Shown here in pieces: positions 1 through 12,575 of a stretch of DNA of 37,517 nucleotides. Both the position numbers and the translations under genes were made by a program. The notes under the pieces are model-generated. The model saw nothing but the letters and a program-made list of their open reading frames with translations. It searched no databases and was not told where the DNA came from. Source of the DNA: Reclinomonas americana ATCC 50394 (taxonomy: Eukaryota); the NCBI GenBank assembly GCA_048213135.1, contig PS015549.1, positions 1 to 37,517 on the forward strand, read 5' to 3'. The stretch's first letter is position 1; each line of letters begins with the position of its first letter.

Positions 1-1858
1 GTCGAGCCACGTCTCGCGCGCCATGCGTGGCACACTGCGGCAGCGCAGCGGCGACGACGGCCGCACTGGCGGCTCGCACACCGGCATGTGCACCACAGGC
101 TGCGCCGGTGGAATCAGCATACACCGCGGCAAGGAGAGGGTGCCCGAGGAAGCGGCCGCGGCCAGCAGCATGGCCGACGACGACGACGGCAGTGGCGGTG
201 ACGGTGAGACGTTGACGGCGAATGGCGAGTCGGGGATACCGCCACGACGCGCGCCAGAGACAAGACCCGGAATCTGAGGTAGTATCTTGACGGGCGTCAT
301 GAGGCCGTTCCCGTGGCCAGACGACGACAACTGCGACAGGAGCATGGCCACATTGGTTGATGACGGGCTGCGGCAGCGGCGAGTGGTGGTGGTGGTGGTG
401 GTGGAAGTGTTGTGGCCTCGTGCTGCAAGCGTGGCAGCCGCCTTGAAAGCCGCGTGCTGTAAAAAACAAAAAAAGAATCGCGACAAGAAACGGAAGTGGG
501 GGGTGAGTCGCGAGAAGAAAACAAACTACGTGATGCTGCGAGAGAATCCACACACAAACCTCGTCGTAGCGCAACAGCATCTCGGGGCCCATCTCACCCC
601 CGGAAGCGTCACTCGAAGATCCCGCCGCCGACGTGTCGCTCATGTCCGCGTCCGTCAGCGGTGGCGAGGTAAACGACGGAGCGGCAAAGTGCATCAGCGG
701 AACGTGACCGACGCCGCCCAGCGGATACGGAGGCCGTGGCTGCGAAGAGATGCGCATAAGAATCAGCGTCGCGGAGATGTGAGGCTGCAGAGGCAGGCAG
801 CAGGCAATATGTCCAAAGGGACAAGGAAGGGGAAAAACAAAAAACATGCACACAGGACTATAGCTAATAAATAATATTTGACGGAGATGGTCAACGTCCC
901 GACCAGAGGCACAGAAGAAATGCGAATCTCAGCCCTCCCCCCAGTGCGGAGAACGTGGCAAGGGCAAAAGAGGATGTACTGTGCGACACAGCAGTGAAAT
1001 ACGGCAATTCCCGGACTCACCAACACAGGGAACTCGCGGTGCGTCTCCTGCTGCATCTGAGGCATCAGCAGGTGCGGCTCACGGCGCTCCTTCTTGCGGC
1101 GGTTCTCAAACCACACTGTGCGGGAGGGAGGAGAGGAGACAAGGGAGAGAGGGAGTCGACAAGTCAGACATCATCGGAATTATACATCACACATGCCAAG
1201 TTGAATTGGACACCCGAAAGAAAGAATAGCAGCACAATCGTGCGACCCGCCCAACCGCCCACCCACAGGGAATCTCACGACGGCACGCAACTCTGCACAG
1301 AGCGGGCGGAGCGACCGAGCAGAGCACCGAGCTGTTTCTTGCGCTTGGCATCGGGATACTGCAGTAGTAATGTATATTGTCAGAAAATGAAGGAAAAATC
1401 CCACGTAAGAGGGGTGAGGGTGGGAAGAGTATACACGGGTGGTTAGGGGGGGAGAGAGAGCGCGCGTGGTATCATGACAGCGAGTGTGAGAGAGACAAAC
1501 AAACAGAGAGAGAGGTCACGACAGATTTTGCGTAGTCGCAATTCGTGAAAACCGCGTCAATGGCATTCTCACACACACACACACAACACTCACACACACG
1601 AAACCCCGCAGTGACGACAGCACAACACACACACACTCACACGCAAACATGCGCACGCACGCACACGCATATGCACACACGCGCACAATTGAGGGGGGCA
1701 GAGAGAGGAAAAGAGACTTGTGCGACACAGAGAGAAACAGCGTGAGAGAGTAGAGAATCCGTACACAAACTCACCTTGTTGTGGGAAAACTCCTCCAGCA
1801 AAATCTCTTGTGCCTCGGGGGTGAAGCGGATGTAGGAGCGCTTGAGTGGAGCAGTCAT
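1..1858 (-). CDS. Homeodomain transcription factor (non-TALE); 3' end runs off the window
   Basis: Exons 1858-1775, 1358-1292, 1115-1021, ~785/739-560, ~457-<1. Spliced N-terminus MTAPLKRSYIRFTPEAQEILLEEFSHNK|YPDAKRKKQLGALLGRSARSVQ|MWFENRRKKERR gives exact homeodomain spacing (F8, L16, F20, Y25, P26, W48, F49, N51, R53). A long Ser/Pro/Thr-rich open frame follows. Confidence 0.88.
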
Positions 1859-2683
1859 GTGTTTTTCGCACAGAAAGTAGAACAAACAAAAGGACACAAC
1901 CAGCGCTCCGAAGACGACGAGAAAGAAAGTCTGAAAAGAAATTTCTGAAAATTCTCGGCGCCAAAACCCCTGCCCTCTGCGCCCGCCCACCAGTGGCATT
2001 TCATGCACGGATTCGCCATCAGCGCGAAAGACAGGTAACCGCAAGGCGCTGCACGCGCCCGTCCCTACCTGCAACGACAAGCGGCGCGAGGGAAGAGTGG
2101 GAGCAGGGCGGCGGGGGCACAGCTGCAGTCGAACGTGTGAGACTTGGATTTGAAAGGAAACAAGTGACCGAAAAGCGGTCGCAGAGACAATTCGATGGGC
2201 GTTCTTTCGCGCGCAGAAGAGGGCACACAAGAGCGATAGAACCAAACCACGCAAGAATATACTTGTTTCAAATGCCAGGCACCAGAGAATCTGCCATGGC
2301 TCTCCACAACGAGTGCCATGCACGGCGGACGAAGCGCAGTGGGGGCGACGGCACGTTCCCACCACACAATGCAGACGTTGGCATGCAACAGTCAACGCCA
2401 ACGAACATAATCACTGCATTACCGGAACAGGAGGGGCGACGCTCTTCATCGTGTGGGGTCAACGCGCTCCTGTTTTTGGTGAAAACAACCACCCACAAAG
2501 TAAGATAAAGCGCTCACACACGCACAGCAACAACATGCAATCACCATGCGATGAGAGGGAGGCGCACCGATGTAGAACCGCGGAACCAATTGAGTTGGTA
2601 TCGCGAGAGAAGACGCGAAAGGAATGCAAGCACTCTCTTTCCTTTCGGCTTCATAGTAGACGCCGTCCGCCGAGAGCCGGCTC

Positions 2684-3551
2684 TCACGGCGGAGCGAATG
2701 AGTCTGCCGCCGCAGCGACAGTGACGGTGGCGGTGGCGGCAGTGCTGCCGCTGCGATGGACAGGAAGGGCCGCGAACCGTGAAACGCGGTGACGCGAATC
2801 GGACATGCTGCCGATGGTGGCGGCGGCGGTATCGACAGGCTCCACCACCGTGTCGGGCACGGCCTCCACCAAGCAATGCGCAAACGCCGTGAACTTGCGG
2901 AAGCGAGCGCGGTAGATGGTGGTCAGTGTTGATTCCACCACCTGCGCACGCGCCACATCCAACTGCCGCTGCCACTCCAACCGCACTGACGATACAGACC
3001 CGCGACGCGCATTAGCTCGTCCACCGCCCACTGTCGCCTCTACCTCCGCCTCTGCCGCAGCCACCGCCGCTGCCTCTGCCGCGCGAGAGCCCTCCACCTC
3101 CACATCAAATCCGCCCAGCAGACGCATTTCCTCCTCCAGATCCTCTGTGCATGCAAGCATAAGAACACGCACAGATAGGAGATCAAAGAGTGGAAGGCGA
3201 GAGATATAGAATAATACGCGAAAGGCCCCTCATACACCGAGATATCGAGGATTACCAAATAGTACATGTCGAGATTGATTGCGCATACAATGCGCACGTC
3301 CCACACATTCACACACACGCACCCTCTCACTCACACACACACGCTCTTTCTCTCTCTCTATCACACACTCTTGCACACACACACACAGGTGAGAGAGAGT
3401 GCGAGAAAGAGAGAGAGAGAGACAACACGCCTTTCAACTGTTGCTCAATGATGGCCGTGGTCATTTGCACCACGCGATCGGCAATATCTCGCCGCACTTG
3501 CACAGGCAGCTGCTCATACGCAGCAGACGGCGAAGAAGACAAGTGCGCCAT
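2684..3551 (-). CDS. Hypothetical protein (about 190 aa, 2 exons)
   Basis: Exon 3551-3431 (MAHLSS...IIEQQLK) joins exon 3144-2684 (EDLEEEMRLL...) in phase through a GC-AG intron at 3430-3145. No recognisable domain. Confidence 0.5.
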
Positions 3552-3652
3552 CACAAACAACAAGAATAAAAAATCGATTGATTGGCACATCATTGTAAAC
3601 GGCCGCGCTGTAAACGCACTCTCTCTCTGATATATCTGTGTGCGTGCAAAAG

Positions 3653-3906
3653 ATGAGAGTGAAGCCAAAGCCGAGTGAGTTTGGAGGCAACCTCACCTTC
3701 TCGGATGTGACAGAGAGTGAGTGTGAGTGGCTGCGGTCGGCCACGTTTGATCAGGTCAAGGAGTTGCGTTGAGAGAGTGAGAGAGAGAGAGCAGTGAACA
3801 GTGAGAGGTGGGGAACGAGACACAGGGGAGAAACAGCACAGAGAGAGACTAGAATGGCAGCGAGCGGCATGGCCTGATGGTGGTTGAAACAACGGCGGTA
3901 TTCGCA

Positions 3907-3974
<68 letters not shown>

Positions 3975-4878
3975 CTTCCTCTCGCTGAACACGCTTGCCT
4001 TGTAGGTTCGTGCGCAACAAGTTCGTTCCCGGATCATCGACACAAGATCAGATCCTGCTCGACTTTCTCTTTGGCAACTTGTGGTGCGTCTCTCTCCCTC
4101 TCTCTGCCTCACTCACTCACTGACTCACTGCACGCACACACAGTCACGCACTGAGCAGCGAGTTCACCAACGACAAGGTGTCGGCGTTCTTCAGCGTGCT
4201 GAGAAAGACTCACGAGTTGACTGTTGGTGCGCTCTCTGTGTGTGTGTGGCCTCCTGTGCTTGCCTCGGCCTCTCATGCCTCCGCGCACGCACATGCAGAG
4301 CATCAGTATAGCCTGGAGGAGAGTTTTGCGGCCTTCAAGCGTCTCCTGCTGCAGCACAGCGTGCACAGACCACCGTTCAGCGTGGAGGTGTTTTCGCTGC
4401 CGGAGGTGGAGGATGTGACGGGCTACGCGCTGTCGACGTACTTTAAGCACTACAAGCTGTACGCGTTTGCCTTTCTGCAAAAGGTGGAGCTCGACTTCTC
4501 CGCCGTCTCCAACGAGTTCACGGAGAAGCCGGCGCCACTCATGCCGCTGAGGAGAGCAGTGCGGTGGACCGACCCGCTGTTGTTGTTGTTTGCTTGCTTC
4601 TCACTGTTTTTCTGGTGCAGATCACGGAGAGCGACTGGAATGCACGCCGGGCAGAGGAGGCACGTCTGGCTGAGGAGGATCGGCAACGGAGGGAGGCGGC
4701 TGCCGAGCAGGAGGCCAAGCGACTGGCTCAGCTGGCGGCTGAGGAGGAGGCGAAACAGGCACGAGGCGGTTTGTCGGCCGAGGAGCTGCGGGAGGAGTTC
4801 CGACTGCTGGCACTGGCGCGCATTGCCGAGCTGGAGGGTAGAGTGCAAGACTTGGAGAAACAGGTCAAGGTCAAGTGA
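3653..4878 (+). CDS. CFAP119: Central-pair C1a-32/CLAMP-domain flagellar protein (CFAP119/CCDC189 family)
   Basis: Exons 3653-3762, 4006-4083, 4144-4226, 4299-4558, 4621-4878, all in phase. Motifs ILLDFLFGNL, FKRLLLQHSVHRPPFSVEVFS and STYFKHYKLYAFAF, then a coiled-coil tail. Confidence 0.85.
3910..3972. repeat. (CA)n microsatellite in CFAP119 intron 1
   Basis: About 31 perfect CA units. Representative of the many CA/GT and GA/CT tracts in introns. Confidence 0.95.
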
Positions 4879-4973
4879 GCGTTCTGTATTCTGCCCCTGC
4901 AGACGCACACACGTCCTCGCCGGTCATTGTACACAAGCCATCCATATGGGTGTATGCGACGAATTTGAGGTCC

Positions 4974-5732
4974 TCACTTGTTCTTCTTGCTGGCGGCCTT
5001 CTTGTGGCCAGCTGGCTTGTTGAAGTAGAGCACGGCGCTCACGCCCATGTAGTAGGGCACCCAGAACCAGGTCACCAGCGAGCCTAGCGGGAACGTCCGC
5101 ATGGTGATCCAGGCCTTGGCCAGTGCGCCGACCATCATACCGGCGGCAACCGACTTGGTGGTGTGCTCATTCACTTTGATCCTGTTGGGAGAGGGAGGCA
5201 AGGCTCACTCTGGTGAGCAGCGGTGGTGGACGCACTCACACGTGGTGGTGCGCTGCAGACGCAACACGGCGAGGACGGAGGCACCGAAGAGAAGCATCGA
5301 TCCACACGCCTGCAATATATGGGGGGACGACGAAATCAGACTGAAGGAGGACGTGGTGGAGCGGGAGGGAACAGGTACAGCAGTCAGCGCTACCTACCTG
5401 CATGAGATGCACAAACTCGGGAGTGATGCCCACCACACCTGCACGAAGAGAGAAAATGATCACATGCACGATTCTTTTTTTCTTTTCGTTTGCAAGCACG
5501 TGCACTGCGCGCAACTGCTGAACATGATGTGGCTGGCCACCTCGGGCACCACAATGCACATGAGGCCCATCGCCAGCCTGGAGATATCGACACCAGAAAT
5601 CAGAAAAACAAAAAAGGGAAAACGAGCCGGAAGGGAAATGTAGGTGTTCGCTTCGCCCGGTAATTGACAGAAGACAACGCACCAAAGCACACTCGTGAGC
5701 AAGAAACAAGGTCGCACCAAAGCCGCTGTCAT
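4974..5732 (-). CDS. Small 4-TM membrane protein, paralog 1 (142 aa)
   Basis: Exons 5732-5683, 5577-5516, 5438-5398, 5309-5242, 5181-4974 in phase. Four hydrophobic segments and a basic tail (KKAASKKNK). Confidence 0.72.
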
Positions 5733-6774
5733 TTCGTCAATAATCACTGAGGTGTGTGTGTGGGTGCAGTCAGTGGCGAAAGCGATTGATCTGTATCGAG
5801 GGGGTGCGTGTGCGACGCACGATTTTCGCAGTACTAGTGACAGAGATTGACACTCGTGTGCGTGCACTCGCGCTGTGTGTGTGAGAGACTTGCGGAGACG
5901 AGAGCGCCAGCGTTCGGATTCTTGCCTCGACATGGAGAGCAGACATGATCATGAAGAATATTCTGCGCTGACTGAAGAATCACAGCGCAGAGGGGTCGAT
6001 GATGGCTTCTCGCGACGGCTTTGTTTCAGCTTCTGCAAAATGAGACACGCCCGAGCACGCTGCATCGATGGTTTGCCCAGGAGAAACTTGACGACGCAGA
6101 ATTCCTTCTGTTTTGAAAAATGACGAGCAAGATTCATCCGCCCGACATGGCACCACGCACCTCTATAATGCACAAAGCGGGCGCGCTGGAATGATTGCAA
6201 TAGTGTTCCCGCGGGGTGTTCCGTCGACGAGCGGGGCGTAGAGTGGCATCGATTGCGGGTGAAGGGGAGGGGAACGCGCGCGCGCGGCAGTTGCAATCGT
6301 GTTCATGAGTGGTGATTGCGAATTGCACTTGGCAACAACGTGCAGCGCGCGCGCCTGCATGCGTGCATGCCATTCGCGATCCACCACTGACAGCAAAAGA
6401 AAAGCATCTTTCGATCCTCTTCAGAGCAGTTGTAAAAGAATCTGCAGCTGGCCGACTGCACTGAAGGAGACAGTGACGCGCTCCCTGTGCCGCCCCGCTC
6501 CCCTGCTGGATCCGGAGAAACCCAACCGGTACAGAGACCGAGGAGTGTCTGCACTCGGTAATGCACAGTCTACCCCGCTCCAGCATCTGTGACTGAAGTT
6601 ATAAACCAACACACACTCGGCTGCCACCGTCAGTGAGGGTGCGATCCACTTCCCTCGATTCCCGCTGGCCTGTTCTGCAAAAGAATATTTTACCTCTGAT
6701 AATTCTGCATCGTTGCGGCGGCTGGTTCTTCATTCACTGCTCTCCGTTGCACGCTTGCTTGCTGTGTGCCCACC

Positions 6775-7579
6775 CTACTGGCTGACACTCTGCTGCTCAC
6801 CACCGCCAACACCGGTGCCACCAACGGCCGGCGAATTTCCGCTTCCCTTCTGCGACTTGCCTTCAACCGGTGCCACATCGGCGCGCTGTTGCTGGTCGTG
6901 AATCATGTGGCTGACAGCCTTTCCCATGTGCTTGATCGGCTTCTGCATCAGCAGCAGAGATCCGATGATGCCGTTGAGGACGATCCACATCCACGTCATG
7001 ACAGACGCATGCGTAAAGTGCATGATCGCAGAATACGTGAGCACCAGCGCTGATACCCACGCGCCAATCCCCACACCGACGACGGTGTTGCGATCCTGCT
7101 GCAGCCTGCACATGCGATCGTAGGCGACTGAGTGCATCGCCTTGGGGGTAACAGTCGTTGCCTGAAGAGTCGCGACGCAACGTGCACAACAGTGTGCTAA
7201 CAATCACCGACACACAACCGAAAGACTGCATGGGTGGTGCAAACGCAGCGTGAGTTGCACGATATGGTGACGATGTGGAGGAGTGGCACGTCAACCTGGA
7301 TCATAAAACGAAGGGCATTGGTGACCTCCACGTCCTCTGCGCGCAGCGCAAGAGGCGGTGTTAGCACACGAGACGCCACTCAAGGGCGGCTACGTCGAAG
7401 CGCAACTGCTAAAGTAGAACGAGGCTGAGGTATCGGGGAAGCAGAGGAACTGCACGCCGTTGAGCAAACTGCATCAACCACGGTTAGTCATACCGCCCAA
7501 AGCCACAAGAATAATGCTCTCGACGCACGACGCACCACAATGCAGACTCCACGAGAAAGATGGTGCGAGCAAACTTCAT
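6775..7579 (-). CDS. Small 4-TM membrane protein, paralog 2 (173 aa)
   Basis: Exons 7579-7536, 7468-7407, 7336-7296, 7225-7182, 7105-6775. Same intron phases as paralog 1, and identical exon 2 and 3 lengths (62 and 41 nt). Confidence 0.72.
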
Positions 7580-7832
7580 GGTTGACGTGGTCGGGTAGAT
7601 AGATGCTCGTGTGCGCGCGCGTGTGTGTGTTTGGGGGTGCAGGAAGGAAAGAGCGAGTCGGAAGAAATACATGTGAGCGAGTCAGGAATTGAATCGTGTG
7701 ACAGCAGAATCCGCTCCCTCGAGTGCAAAGGTGAAACCGAGGAGTATAATAACACCACACAAAGTAAAGATGAGCACGAGGCATCCAGCAACAACAGATG
7801 AGTGTGTGAGAGAGGGACAGACAGCAGGCACC

Positions 7833-9715
7833 TCAGTAAGAAGTCTTGCTGGTGGCGGTGGCCATGGTGATGGTGTGAGCAGCCGGCGCGCGGTAAGCAG
7901 GCTGCGGTGGAGCTGGATTCCACTGCTGCGGCGGGGGACCACCGCCACCGGGAACGGAGGGAGGCAAAGCGCCTCGCCGCTGAGCCTTTTCTCGTTCAAG
8001 TGCCGGGAGAATGTTCTGCGAGCGACCAATGAGGAGACAACTCGAGGGACGAAAGAAAGGGGTGAGTGTGGTGAAACACACGTAATGTGCATGCTGAAGT
8101 GATGCCTGCAACTCGGCGATCAAGCGGCGCGTGGCACTCGTGTCCAGGCCGACTGCCTCCTGAGCGCGCAGATTCTCCTCCTGGTAGGCCATCTTGTAGG
8201 TGCCGCGAAGCAGTTGGTTGGTCAGGTACCTGCACGTGCATGTGAGTGGGTAACAAGCGAGATGGCGAGTGCAGGTGGGAAGACGACTCAACGCCCACGG
8301 AATGGTGACCGAGTGTTGTTGGATGTCGGCTGAGAGGGGGAATGGAGTGTGAGCTTGTACATGTGTGGAGAACGAGGAGAAGGCGAGAAGTCGAAAAACG
8401 AACCGATGCCAGGAAGAATTCGTCGCCACGCTTCCTGCGGTGCACAGGTGAGCATTATCACAACGACAAGACAATACCACTGATGGTCACCTTGAACACC
8501 TGACAGAGAACGATGAGCAACAACGGAGTGCTAATAAGCACAAGCCACTGAATGATGACAGACCTCACTGCCCATTGGCGGCGCCGTGGCTTGCAGCTCG
8601 ACTGTGAGACAGCGGCCGGTCTGTACGAACAGCGAGTTGAGCAACGCTGGGGATGTCCACTCAAGCAGCATGCTTTGCCTCGACGCAACGCGGACGATAA
8701 AGTCGGGGTTGGGCGGACCCATCTCTCGAATCTGCCGCTGCAGATGTGCGCACACCTCCGCCGGGTCGTCTGTGCGTCGTGTGTGCCCAGTTAATGCCAC
8801 ACACGCACCACGCAAGACACATCCACCCAACACACACACATACCAGAGACCCATCCACGGAATCTCGTGCGGTCCTCCTCGCTCAACGCGGCCAGCACCG
8901 CTTCACCCGGATCAGTCGGTGGTGCATGTGCCATCTCGTGAATGACATGTACATGGGTGCATGTTGCCGGCGTGACGTCTGCACGCCATTGTCAACAGAA
9001 TAGGAAAGGGGCATCGTGAAAGAGGCAAAAAGAGCGAACCGTGGTGTTCGCGGTGGTTACGGCGACCGACGAGGCGATTGACGCTGGTCACGACGCCTGC
9101 ACCCGATCGCCAAGAATACAGTTGAGCCGAGACAGGAGATGGAGGAGGGAGAGAGAGAGAGGAAAGACGGCGCAACGTTGCATGCTGTCCACGCCAAAGC
9201 CCTGCATCGACCTGGCCAGTACGTGCGTCTGACCATCGCTGTACAACAAGAGGAGTCAGCGATGGAAGAGAGAAGAGAGCGGAGAGAAGGAGGGGAACCT
9301 TTTGGTAAAGTGAATGCCCATCGTCCGGCCGTGTTTGCGGGAGTACGCGCAGTGGAAGTTCGCTCCATTGACATCTACGCGTGCGTGTGATTACTGCATG
9401 ATGATGAATGCATCTGTCTATCTCACACGCAACTCTCAATGTCTGACTCGCCCGAGCCGCAGCAACTGCAGCAGCACACGGGGTCCTTCTTCACGTGACA
9501 GTGGCCAGTGCGGTCGAGGTCGTACGTGTCAGTGGTGCTGCGCAGCATGAGAGAAAGACTGAGGGAGAGAGAGAGAGAGAGAACACAGAGACTAACCAGC
9601 AAAAGTATCCGAGTCCGCACGAGAAGAGAATGGAGAAGCAGTGCTCGTAGCAGCCGATGCCCACTTGGAAACGCACATGTTGGTCGTCCTCTTCCAGAAT
9701 GTCGTAGTTGACCAT
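7833..9715 (-). CDS. Uncharacterised Cys-rich protein with Pro-rich tail, copy A (about 13 exons)
   Basis: MVNYDILEEDDQHVRFQVGIGCYEHCFSILFSCGLGYFCC|TTDTYDLDRTGHCHVKKDPVCCCSCCGSGESDIE|...|TNQLLRGTYKMAYQEENLRAQEAVGLDTSATRRLIAELQ...KTSY*. Exon-by-exon homology to copy B validates the exons. Confidence 0.8.
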
Positions 9716-10571
9716 GGCGCGAGGGAGAGCGAGTTAAAAAGTGTGTCTGAATTCGGTGAATATTCCGGGATAAACCGGTCAACTGACGTCGCTTGGCCTG
9801 TACCACTGCTCTCTATCTGTAGTCCTGGTAGAAGGGAAGCGAGCGATGCAACTCGAATTCGAATTGCAGCTGACGAAATCGATCGATAGATATCGCGAAT
9901 ACTAATACGAAGCTCGACCGCGCAGAATTCGAGTCAGCAACAAGCAGCAACAGCTGCGTTGGTAACAAAGTAGAGCTGTGATCAACATAGACATCAGTCC
10001 TGACGGGCACAGTGGAGTTTCTTTCGACTCGCTCATGGAGCTGCGAATTCGAATAAATTCGAAAACCTGCGCGAATGCACGCAGAAAGCCCTTGTGCCAC
10101 AAAGCCAGGCGATTGGTTCGCTGTTTGGACTGGGCTGCACGTGGCTCATCGAGGCAGCTGCTGCATCAGTCGGAGCGTTCATGGCGATAAACCGTTCGCG
10201 AACCCCGAGCTCCATATTGCAGTTGCAGATCCGGATCCAGTTTCCACCTTTCCGATCGTGCAAGTCGGGGTTCCTCTCCCAGAACGCCAAGACTTTCTCC
10301 TTCGCTGTTCGGGCGATGCATTGCTCAAGGGCCGCGTCCGCGATGAGCTGTCGGAAAATTCCCCGCGGATATCCGCACATACTTCGTCTTANNNNNNNNN
10401 NNNNNNNNNNNNNNNNNNNNNNNNNNNNNNNNNNNNNNNNNNNNNNNNNNNNNNNNNNNNNNNNNNNNNNNNNNNNNNNNNNNNNNNNNNNNNNNNNNNN
10501 NNNNNNNNNNNNNNNTCTCTCTCTCTGTGTGTGTGTGTGTGTCTCTCTCCCCACACTCACATGCTGCGCAG

Positions 10572-12575
10572 CACCACTGACACATACGACTTGGATCGCA
10601 CTGGTCACTGTCATGTGAAGAAGGACCCGGTGTGCTGCTGCAGTTGCTGCGGCTCGGGCGAGTCAGACATTGAAGGTTGCGTGTCTGTGCGAGAGAGTTG
10701 AGAGAGAAAGAGAGAGAGAGAAAGAGAGATGTGTATGTGTGCGTGCATTGATGATCAGGGATTCGGTTGCTCATGCATGGATCGCAGATGTGAACGGCGC
10801 CGACTTCCACTTCTCGTTCACCCGCAAAGGCGGCCGCACAGCGGGCATTCACTTGACCAGCGGGTGCGCCCTCTCTTTCTCCCTCTCTTAACCTCTCGTC
10901 TCCTGCGCACTCACTCGCGGATTGGCAGTGACGGCCAGACTCACCGATTGACGAGGTCGATGCAGAACTTTGGCGTGGCCGGCATGCAACGTTGCGCTTC
11001 CTCCCTCTCTGTTCTCTTCCCTCTCTCTCTTGGTGTGGCTCAACCGCTCCTTGGCGATCGCTGCAGGCGTCGTGAACAGCGTCAACCATCTTGTCGGCCA
11101 CCGCGATCGCTTCGGTTTGTCCCCGTTTATGACGCACACGCGCGCGCTCTCTCTCTCCTTTACCCTTCTTCTTCTGTTCTCACCCGTCATCTTTGCTATT
11201 GTGCAGGGATCACGACAACGACTCACGTTTCCGACATTTTGCGGCACGCCGATCGCGAGATGGTGCACAGGGACCCGGGCGAAGCAGCGCTGGCCATGTT
11301 GACCGACGAGGACCGTACCAAGTTCCGCGCCTGGGTCACTGGTGCGTGTGGCGATGTGCAAATATCTGGACCAACGCTGGTGTGTGGCATTAACTTGGTG
11401 GCGGCGCGCACAGACGATCCGATGGAGGTGTGCACGCAGCTGCAGCGACAGATTCGAGAGATGGGTCCACCCAACCCCGACTTTATCGTCCGCGTTGCGT
11501 CGGCATGAGAGAGCCACTTGCATGCCCCTTCCCAGTTTTCTTATCCAGTGCGTGCAGGCGGATCGCTGCCTGACGATCGAGCTGCAAGCCACGGCGCCGC
11601 AAATGGGCAACCAGGTTTGTCGTTCTGTGCTTGTTATGTTGTTTTGTCTTCTGGGTGTTGCTCATCCGCGTGCTGTGGCAGGTGTTCAAGGTGACCAATC
11701 ACGCCAGTTGACGGGTCATTGTCGTCGTGCTGAAGCTCACCCTCTCGTTGTGCACCGCAGGAAACGTGGCGACGGATCCTCCCGGGCATCGGTGAGTCGG
11801 CAGAGATCTTGCTTTTTATTCATGCATGCTCACTCTGTGCATTCCTGCCCCTGTCAGTTGACATTCAGGAGAACTCTGTCACCATTCCCTGGAAGTTGCG
11901 TCTTCCAACCTCTCCTTCTCTCAGGCTGCACATGTTCTCTTTTCCTCTATTCTCTTTCATTCTTCTTTCTCTCATTGTTTTCTTCACCTCTCTCTCTCTC
12001 GGATCTTCCCTCTCAATCCTCTTTGCTGTCACTGACATTCACCAACTCTACACCCAGCTGTTCTCTGTGTTTGTTGTTTTTCTTTCTGGCCACTCATCCA
12101 ACTCACACGCACGCGTGCAGGAGCATGACCAATCAACTGCTCCGCGGCACCTACAAGATGGCCTACCAGGAGGAGAATTTGCGCGCCCAGGAGGCAGTCG
12201 GCCTCGACACGAGTGCCACGCGCCGCTTGATCGCCCAGCTGCAGGTGTCGCTGCAGTACTCGCACCAGGTGAGTTTGTCTTGGCCCCGTTTTTTTTTTCT
12301 TGATGCCGTGAGCTCGTACGCCTCACTTTGTCGCATGCCACTGGCAGCACATTCTTCCGGCACTCGAGCGAGAAAAGGCTCTGCGGCAAGGTGCACCGCC
12401 GCCCTTTGCGCCAGTGCCTGCCGGCGTGCCACCGCCACCGTACGCCACAGCACCCCCGCCTCCGCACTACGCGAGCGCGCCACCGCCACCGCAGCCAGTC
12501 TACGGCGCGCCGGAAGTCGATGTCACCACGTACTCCACCACGTACTCCACCACCACGACCACCACCACCAAGTGA
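10572..12575 (+). CDS. Uncharacterised Cys-rich protein with PPxY tail, copy B (exon 1 lost in the N-gap)
   Basis: Inverted paralog of 7833-9715 with the same intron positions. Ends ...VPPPPYATAPPPPHY...TTTK*, TGA at 12573-12575. Confidence 0.8.

Noticed and set aside
1846-2508. Long overlapping ORFs (220 aa +, 254 aa -) upstream of the homeobox gene
   Set aside because: No motifs or exon structure apart from homeobox exon 1; these are expected shadow ORFs in GC-rich DNA.
3853-3897. ATG...TGA...CG|GT frame suggesting TGA readthrough or a recoded stop in CFAP119
   Set aside because: A stop-free exon 1 (3653-3762) with a GTTGCG donor fits in phase. TGA, TAA and TAG all end conserved genes, so the code is standard.
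5780-6700. Possible third 4-TM paralog or other gene between the tandem pair
   Set aside because: I could not find matching exons or a coherent spliced frame.
7833-9715. Resemblance of the Cys-rich paralogs to C20orf27/ADISSP
   Set aside because: Only a few scattered residues match; too weak to support.
9850-10065. GAA/TTC clusters as heat-shock elements
   Set aside because: The spacing does not fit nGAAnnTTCn.
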